From NCBI GenBank assembly GCA_043787975.1, contig JAYVUK010000032.1, positions 2,577 through 66,576 of the forward strand: 64,000 nt of DNA. The letters are read 5' to 3'. Under the pieces are notes generated by a model. That model saw nothing but the letters and a program-made list of their open reading frames with translations. It did not search any database and was not told the DNA's origin. Below, in pieces: positions 29,521-39,314 of the stretch. The DNA comes from Bacteroidota bacterium (GTDB lineage Bacteria > Bacteroidota > Bacteroidia > AKYH767-A > 2013-40CM-41-45). The position numbers were made by a program, and so were the translations under genes. Numbering within the stretch: position 1 is the stretch's first letter; the number at the start of each line of letters is the position of its first letter.

Positions 29521-29958
29521 TCAAGTGTGCTCATGCGTCCTCATAAACGCATCCGCAGAAAATTTTCCGGACCCGAAAATGAGAAAGAAGATTAGCAGAG
29601 CAAGCACTAAGATGGATAGTCCCAACTCGGAGTGAATCGTGAAGAATCCTTTGTCGGCATTCACAAAAACAATCGCTCCTGCCAGAATTGGAATCTGAAA
29701 CAGAATAGCAAATCGGGTAAGCAGTCCGATGATGATCAGAAAACCTCCCATCAAATGAGCCAGCGCAACATAATGCGCGAGGAAAACAGCATAGATTGAA
29801 AAGGCGCTGTGCGCAATCATGTTGTAAATAGCGTCTGTGTTTTGAATAAAGATGACTCCTTTAAAGAAGATAATCATTCCGAGAATTATTCTCAGAACCG
29901 GAAACCACTTCGTTTGGTGAAGGTCACCCCACGTTTCTATTTTTTGGATGGTATTCAT
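29521..29958 (-). CDS. DoxX family membrane protein
   Basis: Four transmembrane segments with a DoxX-like pattern. Confidence 0.7.
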   Translation of the reverse strand: MNTIQKIETWGDLHQTKWFPVLRIILGMIIFFKGVIFIQNTDAIYNMIAHSAFSIYAVFLAHYVALAHLMGGFLIIIGLLTRFAILFQIPILAGAIVFVNADKGFFTIHSELGLSILVLALLIFFLIFGSGKFSADAFMRTHEHT

Positions 29959-30159
29959 GACAGTTAGTTTTAGAGGTTAGACATGAATTGTTCTTACAAA
30001 GTTTACGATATTTTTTTTGCAATTCCAATTCCGGCTTGTTGAATAAGTTGTTTGTAACCGCTTTCAAGCTGCTTTTCATCGCATCATTTCTTTTCTACTT
30101 TGCATCCACACGCTGACGATATTTCTTCGCTATAGAAAATTCGTTTTTAAACCAATCGC

Positions 30160-31644
30160 ATGAATCAGAACTCAACAGGCAAATCATCGCTGCCAATTCT
30201 TATCTCCGTATTTTTCTTTTGGGGATTTGTGGCAGCCAGCAACGACATTCTTATTCCTGTCTTTAAGGAGAAATTAAATCTTGAACAATGGCAAAGCCAG
30301 CTGATTTCTGTCGCCTTTTATGTTGCTTACACAGTTGGATCACTCATTTATTTTTTGGTTTCAAAAATCAATGGTGGTGATATTCTGAACAGAATAGGCT
30401 ACAAAAATGGAATTGCTTTCGGACTGATCTTTTCTGCCCTCGGCACGTTGTTGTTTTATCCTGCTGCCATGACTTCTTCTTTTGGTTTGATGATAAGCGG
30501 GTTGTTTATAGTCGGACTTGGATTTTCTCTTCAGCAAACTGCCGCTAATCCGCTTGCAATAAATATCGGTGATTCTAAAAAAGGTGCGCAGCGATTAAGT
30601 TTAGCCGGAGGTATCAATAACATCGGAACTACGATAGGACCTGTCATTGTTAGTCTTGCAATCTTTGGCTCGCTAAAGGCCGGAGCCAAACTGGAGAATC
30701 TTGAATCGGTGAAAACTCCTTACATGATTTTAGGTGCAGCATTTGTAATTGTTGCATTGATTTTCAAATTCTCATCTCTTCCGAATAAAATTCATCATGA
30801 GGAAGAACAAGCTGATTCAAAGAAAATTTCTTCTGCAAGAAAAAGTGCGCTCAACTATCCTCAACTGTGGCTCGGAATGATAGGCATTTTTGTTTATGTT
30901 GGAGTTGAAGTGTCAACAGCATCTAATCTTCCTGAGTTTATGCGGCAACATCTGAATACTCCAACCAACGAAGTTGCACCATACGTTTCTCTTTTCTGGG
31001 CCAGTTTGATGATCGGAAGATGGTCGGGCGCAGTAGGAGCATTTGATCTGAAAGCAGGAACAAAACAAATGTTACGTTTCTTTTTGCCTTACGCCGCTTT
31101 CGCTGTTTTCTTATTTGTAAATTTTCTTGCCAACCATGATTTGCAACCATTCTACTTGTATTTCTTTGTCATCATTGCAATCATCATCGCAGATATATTA
31201 AGTAAAGGAAACCCGGCTCGTCAGCTGATGATTTTTTCCATGCTGGGAATTACTTCTCTCATCATTGGAATCCTTTCGGATGGAATGGTCAGCGTGTATG
31301 CATTTATCAGTGTCGGATTGTTTTGCTCTACGTTGTGGCCTTGCATCTTCACCCTTGCCATTGCCGGATTGGGAAAACATACCAACGACGGATCAAGTTT
31401 TTTAATCATGATGATTATGGGAGGCGGATTAATCAGCTGGCTCCAGGGATTTCTTGCAAAAGATTCCCTGCTTGGCATACAGTGGAGCTATCTTACCGGT
31501 GTTGCATGTTTCGCATATCTTGCTTTTTATGGATGGCGTGTTAAGCAGATTTTGAAATTGCAAGGGATTGATTATGATGAACCGAAAATTTCTTTGCTTT
31601 CCCATGAAAGTGAAAAAGCAGGAATCTTACAAAGTGAAATATAA
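30160..31644 (+). CDS. MFS sugar permease, FHS family (fucose/glucose/galactose:H+ symporter-like)
   Basis: 12-TM MFS protein whose N-terminus resembles FucP/GluP. Confidence 0.75.
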   Translation: MNQNSTGKSSLPILISVFFFWGFVAASNDILIPVFKEKLNLEQWQSQLISVAFYVAYTVGSLIYFLVSKINGGDILNRIGYKNGIAFGLIFSALGTLLFYPAAMTSSFGLMISGLFIVGLGFSLQQTAANPLAINIGDSKKGAQRLSLAGGINNIGTTIGPVIVSLAIFGSLKAGAKLENLESVKTPYMILGAAFVIVALIFKFSSLPNKIHHEEEQADSKKISSARKSALNYPQLWLGMIGIFVYVGVEVSTASNLPEFMRQHLNTPTNEVAPYVSLFWASLMIGRWSGAVGAFDLKAGTKQMLRFFLPYAAFAVFLFVNFLANHDLQPFYLYFFVIIAIIIADILSKGNPARQLMIFSMLGITSLIIGILSDGMVSVYAFISVGLFCSTLWPCIFTLAIAGLGKHTNDGSSFLIMMIMGGGLISWLQGFLAKDSLLGIQWSYLTGVACFAYLAFYGWRVKQILKLQGIDYDEPKISLLSHESEKAGILQSEI

Positions 31645-31716
31645 ACTTCATCAGATCAACTTTTTATTTTGGATTTGATTTGTTAATCTTTGCTGCCAAT
31701 ACATTCCTTTAAGGAT

Positions 31717-32517
31717 ATGAAATTTCCGGTTCTCGCTTTCTTCTTATTGCTTCATGCTTGCTTGTTTGCACAGACCGGTGAAAACAAACCGGAGCAAAAA
31801 AAAGGCAAAGGCACATTCTATTTCATCTGGGGTTATAATAAGGACTGGTTTTCTAAAAGTGATTTACATTTTGTAGATCACATTACCGATAATTATGATT
31901 TCACTTTGTACGGAGTGAAAGCAGATGATCGCATCGGGCTCTCCAAAATTTTTAACAATGATATTTCTATTCCGCAATATGTTTATCGCTTCGGCTATTA
32001 TTTCAATGACAAACATAATCTGGGTATTGAACTGAATTTTGATCATGCAAAATACATCATGATTCAGGATCAACGTGTTCATATAAAGGGAAACATTCAT
32101 GGAGAAACGATGGACAAGGACACCATCCTTCAACCGGACTTTCTAAAGTTTGAACATACCAACGGTGCAAATTTTATGATGGTGAACTTATTGAAGCGGA
32201 CAAAATTTTTTCAAAGCAAAAATCAGAAGCATGTATTGAACTATGTTTTAAAACCCGGAGTCGGAATCGTTATTCCGAAAACTGATGTTACACTTTTTGG
32301 AACACGCAGAGATAACGTGTTTCACATCGCCGGATATATCATGGGACTTGATGGAGAATTGAGATATGAATTCGGAAAGCACTTATTTGCTGAGACAGGG
32401 TTCAAAGGTTGCTTTGCCAATTATACCAATGTACTGACCCTCGGAGAGGCAAGAGCAAACCATCACTTTTTTTCTCTTGAGTTTCTTTTCGCTGCAGGAT
32501 ATGCAATTCCCTGGTAA
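31717..32517 (+). CDS. hypothetical outer-membrane/secreted protein (signal peptide, beta-rich)
   Basis: Signal peptide MKFPVLAFFLLLHACLFAQ. I recognise no catalytic motif. Confidence 0.45.
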   Translation: MKFPVLAFFLLLHACLFAQTGENKPEQKKGKGTFYFIWGYNKDWFSKSDLHFVDHITDNYDFTLYGVKADDRIGLSKIFNNDISIPQYVYRFGYYFNDKHNLGIELNFDHAKYIMIQDQRVHIKGNIHGETMDKDTILQPDFLKFEHTNGANFMMVNLLKRTKFFQSKNQKHVLNYVLKPGVGIVIPKTDVTLFGTRRDNVFHIAGYIMGLDGELRYEFGKHLFAETGFKGCFANYTNVLTLGEARANHHFFSLEFLFAAGYAIPW

Positions 32518-32582
32518 TGGAAAAGTGATATTTTATCCTTTTCTTAGTAGAGAAATAAATGTAACAAATTTATATTTATCGA

Positions 32583-34877
32583 ATGAGAATATATTTCCTG
32601 TTAACTGTTTACTGTCTTCTGTTTACTGCTGTTTTTGCGCAGCAGGTTGATACGAACATTGATCTCGAAAAATTTTCCGTCATTCCCAAACCTGGCTCTG
32701 TTATTTTCCTGGAAGGAATATTTTCTATCTCTTCAGAAACTACGATTTCTGTTGACGGGAATGAAACAAAATCGGACGCAGAAGTTTTTAATGCATCACT
32801 CGAAAAAATTTGTGGACTCAAACTGAGAATCGTTCAGGGAGACGCTCCGATGAGAAGTCCGATTGTGCTGATCAATACAACATCAGCCGCTTTCAAAAAG
32901 GATTCTTATAAACTCACAGTCTTTCAAAATAAAATTTCAATCATTGGAAAAGATGCTGGAGTATTTTATGGGCTGCAAACCTTGTTGCAATTGATTCAGC
33001 AAAAGGAAAATTCAATCCAGGTTCCGTGTGTAATGATCTCTGATGAACCTCGGTTTTCCTGGAGAGGAATGCATCTTGATGTATGTCGGCACTTTTTTCC
33101 GAAAGAGTTTATTGAGAAATACATTGACATGATCGCGCTATATAAAATGAATACATTTCACTGGCATCTTACCGAAGACCAGGGCTGGAGAATCGAGATA
33201 AAAAAATATCCGAAACTCACGGAAGTCGGTGCGTGGCGAAACGGTTCGATGATTGGCGCATACAGCGCGCAACAGTTTGATACGGTTCGTTATGGAAGAT
33301 TTTATTCGCAGGATGACATAAAGGAAATTGTTGCATATGCAACCAAACGCCACATTACAGTAGTTCCTGAAATTGAAATGCCCGGACATTCGCTTGCTGC
33401 GCTTGCTTCCTATCCTGAACTCGCGTGCACGAGCGGACCGTTTGAAGTGGCAAAAGCATGGGGCGTTTTTGATGATGTGTATTGCCCAAAGGAAGAGACA
33501 TTTAAGTTTCTTGAAAACGTATTGAGTGAAGTATGCGAATTATTTCCGGGAAAATCCATTCACATTGGTGGTGATGAATGCCCCAAAGTGCGGTGGAAAA
33601 ATTGCAAGCATTGCAAAGCGTTGATGAAAAAATTAAAACTGAAGGATGAGAACCAACTGCAAAGTTATTTCATCAGGCGCATGGAAAAATTTCTGAATAA
33701 AAAAGGAAAACAGATAATTGGTTGGGATGAAATTCTCGAAGGTGGACTTGCTCGAGGCGCTACGGTGATGAGCTGGCGCGGCACAGATGGCGGTATTGCT
33801 GCTGCAAAGAAACATCACAAGGTAGTGATGACTCCGGGTGCGTATTGCTATTTTGATCATTACCAGGGAAGCCCGCAATATGAACCGCTTGCCATTGGTG
33901 GTTACACAACAGTTGAAAAAGTCTATTCCTATGAACCGATTCCTGCTGTGCTGGATTCATCCGAACAAAAATATATTCTCGGTGCGCAGGGAAATGTATG
34001 GACGGAATATATTCTTACGCCTCAGCATGTAGAATACATGGCTGTGCCTCGCATGTGTGCGCTTGCTGAAGTTTTGTGGAGTCCGAAAGAGCAAAAGGAT
34101 TATCCTGATTTTCAGAACAGGTTGCTGAAACATTTTTCGTTGCTCGATAGACTGAATATAAATTATTCAAAAGCGATCTATGAACTAAAAACTTCAGTGA
34201 AACCGTTGGTCGAAAAAAACGGAGTTTCATTCGAACTGTCGTCTCCGTTTACAAACGGAAAAATATGTTATACAACAGATGGGACTGATCCGAAAATTAA
34301 TTCAGCAGTTTATTCTTCAGCAATTCCTGTTATTAAAAGTAGCACGTTGAAAGCTGCATATTTCGAAGGCGAAAAGAAAAAAGGAAATGTTCTCGAACAG
34401 ATTTTTTTTGTGACGAAGTCCACGGGAAAAGAAGTGACGCTTGAAACTCCTCCGAATGAAAAATATTTTTGTAACGGAGCACAATCCCTGGTTGACGGTA
34501 TCAAAGGAGGTTTACACAAACACGGACAAAATTGGCTGGGTTGGTGGGGACCTGATATCGTTGCAACGATTGATCTCGGAGAAAGGAAATCTTTCTCAAA
34601 AATTTCTTTCGATGTATTCGATGATGAACCCGCCTGGATATATCTTCCTAAAAGTATTGAAGTTTTAATTTCCGATGACGGGATTAATTTTACGACCTTG
34701 ACTAAAATTTCAGGTGACGAGATAAAAGGAATGAATGAAGTTGTTGAGAAAAATTTCGGAGAGCAGTCATCTCGTTATATAAAAGTGATTGCAAAGAATC
34801 CCGGAAGAATTCCTGATGGTAAACAAGGATCAGGAAATAATTCATGGTTGTTTGTGGATGAAATTTCGGTTGAATAG
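32583..34877 (+). CDS. beta-N-acetylhexosaminidase (GH20) with C-terminal chitobiase-C-like and discoidin-like domains
   Basis: GH20 catalytic region (HIGGDE, GWDE). Signal peptide. Confidence 0.9.
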   Translation: MRIYFLLTVYCLLFTAVFAQQVDTNIDLEKFSVIPKPGSVIFLEGIFSISSETTISVDGNETKSDAEVFNASLEKICGLKLRIVQGDAPMRSPIVLINTTSAAFKKDSYKLTVFQNKISIIGKDAGVFYGLQTLLQLIQQKENSIQVPCVMISDEPRFSWRGMHLDVCRHFFPKEFIEKYIDMIALYKMNTFHWHLTEDQGWRIEIKKYPKLTEVGAWRNGSMIGAYSAQQFDTVRYGRFYSQDDIKEIVAYATKRHITVVPEIEMPGHSLAALASYPELACTSGPFEVAKAWGVFDDVYCPKEETFKFLENVLSEVCELFPGKSIHIGGDECPKVRWKNCKHCKALMKKLKLKDENQLQSYFIRRMEKFLNKKGKQIIGWDEILEGGLARGATVMSWRGTDGGIAAAKKHHKVVMTPGAYCYFDHYQGSPQYEPLAIGGYTTVEKVYSYEPIPAVLDSSEQKYILGAQGNVWTEYILTPQHVEYMAVPRMCALAEVLWSPKEQKDYPDFQNRLLKHFSLLDRLNINYSKAIYELKTSVKPLVEKNGVSFELSSPFTNGKICYTTDGTDPKINSAVYSSAIPVIKSSTLKAAYFEGEKKKGNVLEQIFFVTKSTGKEVTLETPPNEKYFCNGAQSLVDGIKGGLHKHGQNWLGWWGPDIVATIDLGERKSFSKISFDVFDDEPAWIYLPKSIEVLISDDGINFTTLTKISGDEIKGMNEVVEKNFGEQSSRYIKVIAKNPGRIPDGKQGSGNNSWLFVDEISVE

Positions 34878-34963
34878 CCCACAACTTTTAGCCCACGACT
34901 TCAGTCGTGGGAAAATAAATGATGGATCAAAAAATCGTTTCAAGGATTTATAAATTTGAATAA

Positions 34964-35941
34964 ATGGCAACACGAAGAGTTTTTATCAAATGGTCTGCGT
35001 TGAGCGCAGCCCTTTTATCGGTCAACAGATCCAACGCAAAGAAAATTTCCATTCCATCATCAGCAACAAAGCCGATTGTGATTTCGACATGGAAGCATGG
35101 ACAGGAAGCAAATGTGGATGCCTGGAAAATTCTTTCCTCCGGTGGACGCGCATTGGATGCGGTAGAAAAAGGTGTGATGAATACGGAGGAGAATTTACGA
35201 AACCTCAGTGTCGGGCTCGGTGGCTTGCCCGACCGCGATGGTCACGTAACATTGGATGCATGCATCATGGATGAACTTGCTAACTGCGGTTCGGTGGCTT
35301 TTCTTGAACACATCAAGCATCCCATTTCCGTGGCGCGGATGGTGATGGAAAAAACTCCGCATGTGATGCTCGTTGGAGAAGGTGCGTTGAAGTTCGCTTT
35401 GGATAATGGTTTCAAGAAGGAAAAATTTGATCGTACTCCGGAATCCGATAAGGCCTGGAAGGAATGGTTGAAAAAAGCAGAATACAAACCCATCGTCAAT
35501 TTTGAAAATCACGATACGATTGGAATGGTTGCCCTGGATGCTGCAGGAAATCTTTCAGGAGCTTGCACCACCAGCGGCATGGCATATAAACTTCATGGCC
35601 GTGTCGGGGATTCGCCGATTATCGGTGCGGGATTGTATGTCGACAATGAAGTGGGAGCAGCAACGGCTACAGGAACAGGAGAGGAAGTGATTCGCATTTG
35701 TGGAACTCACTTGGTTGTCGAGTTGATGCGACAGGGGAAATCTCCGGAAGATGCTTGCCGCGAAGCGGTCGAGCGAATTGTAAAAAAGCAACCAACGAAA
35801 TCAAAGGAGTTACAGGTTGGTTTTCTTGCATTGAATAAGAACGGTGAATACGGCGCATATTGTCTACAAACCGGATTCAACTATGCTGTGTATTCTGAGA
35901 AAATGAAGAACGAATTGATTGATGGAAAGAGTTACTATTAG
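34964..35941 (+). CDS. N4-(beta-N-acetylglucosaminyl)-L-asparaginase (glycosylasparaginase, Ntn hydrolase)
   Basis: Asparaginase-2 family with autoproteolytic site HDTIGMVALD and GAGLYVD. RR-containing N-terminal signal. Confidence 0.88.
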   Translation: MATRRVFIKWSALSAALLSVNRSNAKKISIPSSATKPIVISTWKHGQEANVDAWKILSSGGRALDAVEKGVMNTEENLRNLSVGLGGLPDRDGHVTLDACIMDELANCGSVAFLEHIKHPISVARMVMEKTPHVMLVGEGALKFALDNGFKKEKFDRTPESDKAWKEWLKKAEYKPIVNFENHDTIGMVALDAAGNLSGACTTSGMAYKLHGRVGDSPIIGAGLYVDNEVGAATATGTGEEVIRICGTHLVVELMRQGKSPEDACREAVERIVKKQPTKSKELQVGFLALNKNGEYGAYCLQTGFNYAVYSEKMKNELIDGKSYY

Positions 35942-36056
35942 ATTTGAGATAGGTGATGTGAGACATGAGATATACACTTCGCTTATTCGTAAAGTCGTTT
36001 TAAATCCGTAATTCGATAGAGGAATTTTAAAGAGTCTCTTTTAATAAACCTAAGCC

Positions 36057-36731
36057 TTGTCAAAAATTAAAATTGAAATTGCCTGTTTTAATTTGGAGTC
36101 AGCATTGACTGCTGCAAATGCCGGCGCTGATCGCATCGAACTTTGTGAGGACTATTCATTGGGGGGAATAACCCCTTCAGAAGAAATAATTATTGAGGCG
36201 CGAAAAAAAATTTCTGTTCCAATCTATGTGATGATTCGTCCGAGAGGTGGAGACTTCGTATACACGGAAAGTGAACTTGAATTGATGAAAGCGCAGGTAA
36301 TTTTTTGCAGAGAGAAAAGGATGGATGGAGTTGTTTTCGGAATCTTGGATAAGCAAAATAATATTGACAAATTCAGATGCAAAGAACTTGTGAATCTTTC
36401 AAAACGAATGCCGATAACATTTCATCGCGCATTTGATCAGGCACAGAATTCATTTCGGGCGCTTGAAGATATTATTGATTGTGGATTTTCGCGAATTCTA
36501 ACCAGTGGAAGAGAAGCGTCAGCAACAGACGGGGCTATGTTGATTTCACAACTTGTTGAAAAAGCAGGCAACAGGATAATCATTATGCCCGGAGGCGGTG
36601 TAAGAAGTGAGAATATTTCTGAACTGATTAAAACAAAAGCAAAAGAATTTCATTCAGCAGCCATCAATAAAACCACGTTGCAAATTGATGAGACTGAAAT
36701 CAGGACAATGAAATTGATATTGTCGAAATGA
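36057..36731 (+). CDS. cutC: CutC family protein (copper homeostasis protein CutC fold)
   Basis: Collinear with E. coli CutC (ADRIELC, RPRGGDF, FHRAFD). A TTG start is inferred. Confidence 0.8.
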   Translation: MSKIKIEIACFNLESALTAANAGADRIELCEDYSLGGITPSEEIIIEARKKISVPIYVMIRPRGGDFVYTESELELMKAQVIFCREKRMDGVVFGILDKQNNIDKFRCKELVNLSKRMPITFHRAFDQAQNSFRALEDIIDCGFSRILTSGREASATDGAMLISQLVEKAGNRIIIMPGGGVRSENISELIKTKAKEFHSAAINKTTLQIDETEIRTMKLILSK

Positions 36732-39313
36732 AAAAAATATGGGTGATATTTTTTCTTTTTGTGTTTGGAAAAGCAAATGCTACATCAGTCACATCGTCAT
36801 TAGATAATTCTTCCTGGCAATTCAGAAAATCCGGTGACTCAAGATGGTTTCCTGCAACTGTCCCGGGAACCGTTCACACCGATCTACTCAACAATAAAAT
36901 CATTGACGATCCTTATTATGGAGACAATGAAAAAAAAATGCAATGGATTGATACCTGTAATTGGGAGTATCAAACATTTTTTGACTGCGATAAAAATGTC
37001 CTGGGCAACAGACATATAGAATTGCAGTTTGACGGATTGGATACCTATGCAAAAATTTTTCTGAATGATTCATTGATTCTTTCAGCTGATAATATGTTTC
37101 GCACCTGGAAGGTTGATTGCAAAAAATACTTAAAGGAAAAAGGGAATCATTTGCTGGTTCAATTTGAATCAGCAGTTGTAAAAGGAAAATCATTGACAAA
37201 GAAATTATCTTACGCATTGCCTGGTGATGAAAAGGTTTTTACACGAAAGGCAGCATATCAATACGGCTGGGATTGGGGACCGCGATTTGTTACGTGTGGT
37301 ATCTGGAGAAATGTAGAATTGATTGGGTGGAATGATGCAACGATTGAGAGCATACAGATCATTCAAAATTTTCTCAGCGATTCAGTGGCAAATATTACAG
37401 CGCGAATTGAAGTGAATGCCGACAAAACAACTGTATTAAATTTTTTCTTACAAATATCTTCAGGCAAGGAAATGAAAGTGATAAAATCACAGGAATTGTC
37501 GCAAGAAAAAAATTTTGTAGACATACCATTCACCATTTCAAATCCAAAACGATGGTGGTCCAATGGTCTGGGTGAACCCTATTTGTATCAGTATGTTTTT
37601 TCAATTGCGAATGGAGAAAATAGGCTGGATGAGCGGAAGATTTCATTTGGGTTGAGAACGATTGAACTGGTTCGCCAAAAAGATTCCATCGGGAAAAGTT
37701 TTTATTTCAAGCTGAATGGAATTCCTGTTTTTATGAAAGGAGCGAATTACATTCCACCGGATAACTTTCTTCCGCGCGTCACAATTGAGAGGTACAAGGA
37801 AATTATTCAGTCGGCTGTTGATGCAAACATGAACATGCTTCGTGTGTGGGGTGGTGGTGTGTATGAAGATGACAAGTATTACAATCTCTGTGACGAAAAG
37901 GGAATTCTTGTTTGGCAGGATTTGATGTTTGCCTGCGCGATGTATCCTGGTGACTCCTTATTTATTGAAAATGTTAAACAGGAAGTCACTGATAATGTTA
38001 AACGATTGCGCAATCATCCTTGTATCGCTTTGTGGTGTGGTAACAATGAGATCGATGAAGGATGGAAAAATTGGGGATGGCAGCAGCAGTACCAATATTC
38101 GGAAAAAGATTCTGCGAAGATCTGGGGCGATTATCAAAAATTATTTCAGGTGCTAATTCCTTCTCTTCTGGATACACTTCTTTTGTCACCGATTCACCGA
38201 TTCACCGATTCGTCTGAACCGGGGAACCAAAGAATGGGAGAATCGGTGAATGTTACTTATATCTCGACATCTCCGTTGATTGGTTGGGGTCACAAGGAAA
38301 GTTTGCAGCAAGGTGATTCACATTATTGGGGTGTATGGTGGGGAATGGAACCATTTGATTTTTACAAAAAGAAAGTCGGAAGATTTATGAGCGAATATGG
38401 TTTCCAGGGAATGCCTTCATTAACTGTATTTAAAAAAATCTCAGATGAGTATGATTGGACATTTGAGTCTCCTGTTGTAAAAAATCATCAGAAGCATCCG
38501 ACAGGTTATGAAACAATTCAAAAATATTTGGAGAAAAGCTACATACAGCCTATTGGTTTTGAAAATTACATTTACGTTTCTCAGCTTCTTCAGGCGGAAG
38601 GAATCAAAACTGCCATCGAAGCGCATCGAATCGCCAAACCAACTTGTATGGGCACCTTGTACTGGCAACTGAATGATTGTTGGCCTGTCACATCATGGAG
38701 CAGCACCGACTATTATGGAAACTGGAAGGCGCTTCACTATTTTGTAAAGAAGGCGTATGAAAAATATCTCATCACTGCTGAAATCGAAAATGAAAATTTA
38801 ATTGTCAATGTTGCTTCTGATGATATATCGAATATTAAAGTGAAGGGTAAATTTCAGTTGATTGATTTCGACGGAAATGTTCTTTGGAAGAATTCAGTTG
38901 ATATTTTCTTGACATACAATAAAAGTGAAAAGATATATTCTATTTCTTTAACAAAACTTCTAAAAACTGTTTCGCAATCCGGAGTATTCTTCAAAATGGA
39001 AATTGAAAAAAATAAGAAACAATTGGCTGAAAATATTTTTTACTTTGTTGATCCTAAAGAATTGCCCCTTACAAAGCCCAATATTCAATACACAATCAAG
39101 AATGAAAAGAACGGTACAACCAGTATTACACTTTCTTCTGATAAACTCGCTAAAAATGTATTTGTGGATTTTGGAAATACAGAAGCTAAATTGAGTGATA
39201 ATTATTTTGATCTTATTCCCGGAGAACAAAAAGTAATTGAAGTAAAGAATCTCGGAGATGTTCACGAGTTGGAAAAAAAAATAAAAATAAAATCGTTAGT
39301 TGATACATACTGA
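36728..39313 (+). CDS. beta-mannosidase (GH2)
   Basis: GH2 beta-mannosidase N-terminal region (WQFRKSGDSRWFPATVPGTVHTDLL) and catalytic region. Signal peptide. Confidence 0.88.
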   Translation: MKKIWVIFFLFVFGKANATSVTSSLDNSSWQFRKSGDSRWFPATVPGTVHTDLLNNKIIDDPYYGDNEKKMQWIDTCNWEYQTFFDCDKNVLGNRHIELQFDGLDTYAKIFLNDSLILSADNMFRTWKVDCKKYLKEKGNHLLVQFESAVVKGKSLTKKLSYALPGDEKVFTRKAAYQYGWDWGPRFVTCGIWRNVELIGWNDATIESIQIIQNFLSDSVANITARIEVNADKTTVLNFFLQISSGKEMKVIKSQELSQEKNFVDIPFTISNPKRWWSNGLGEPYLYQYVFSIANGENRLDERKISFGLRTIELVRQKDSIGKSFYFKLNGIPVFMKGANYIPPDNFLPRVTIERYKEIIQSAVDANMNMLRVWGGGVYEDDKYYNLCDEKGILVWQDLMFACAMYPGDSLFIENVKQEVTDNVKRLRNHPCIALWCGNNEIDEGWKNWGWQQQYQYSEKDSAKIWGDYQKLFQVLIPSLLDTLLLSPIHRFTDSSEPGNQRMGESVNVTYISTSPLIGWGHKESLQQGDSHYWGVWWGMEPFDFYKKKVGRFMSEYGFQGMPSLTVFKKISDEYDWTFESPVVKNHQKHPTGYETIQKYLEKSYIQPIGFENYIYVSQLLQAEGIKTAIEAHRIAKPTCMGTLYWQLNDCWPVTSWSSTDYYGNWKALHYFVKKAYEKYLITAEIENENLIVNVASDDISNIKVKGKFQLIDFDGNVLWKNSVDIFLTYNKSEKIYSISLTKLLKTVSQSGVFFKMEIEKNKKQLAENIFYFVDPKELPLTKPNIQYTIKNEKNGTTSITLSSDKLAKNVFVDFGNTEAKLSDNYFDLIPGEQKVIEVKNLGDVHELEKKIKIKSLVDTY

Positions 39314-39314
39314 A

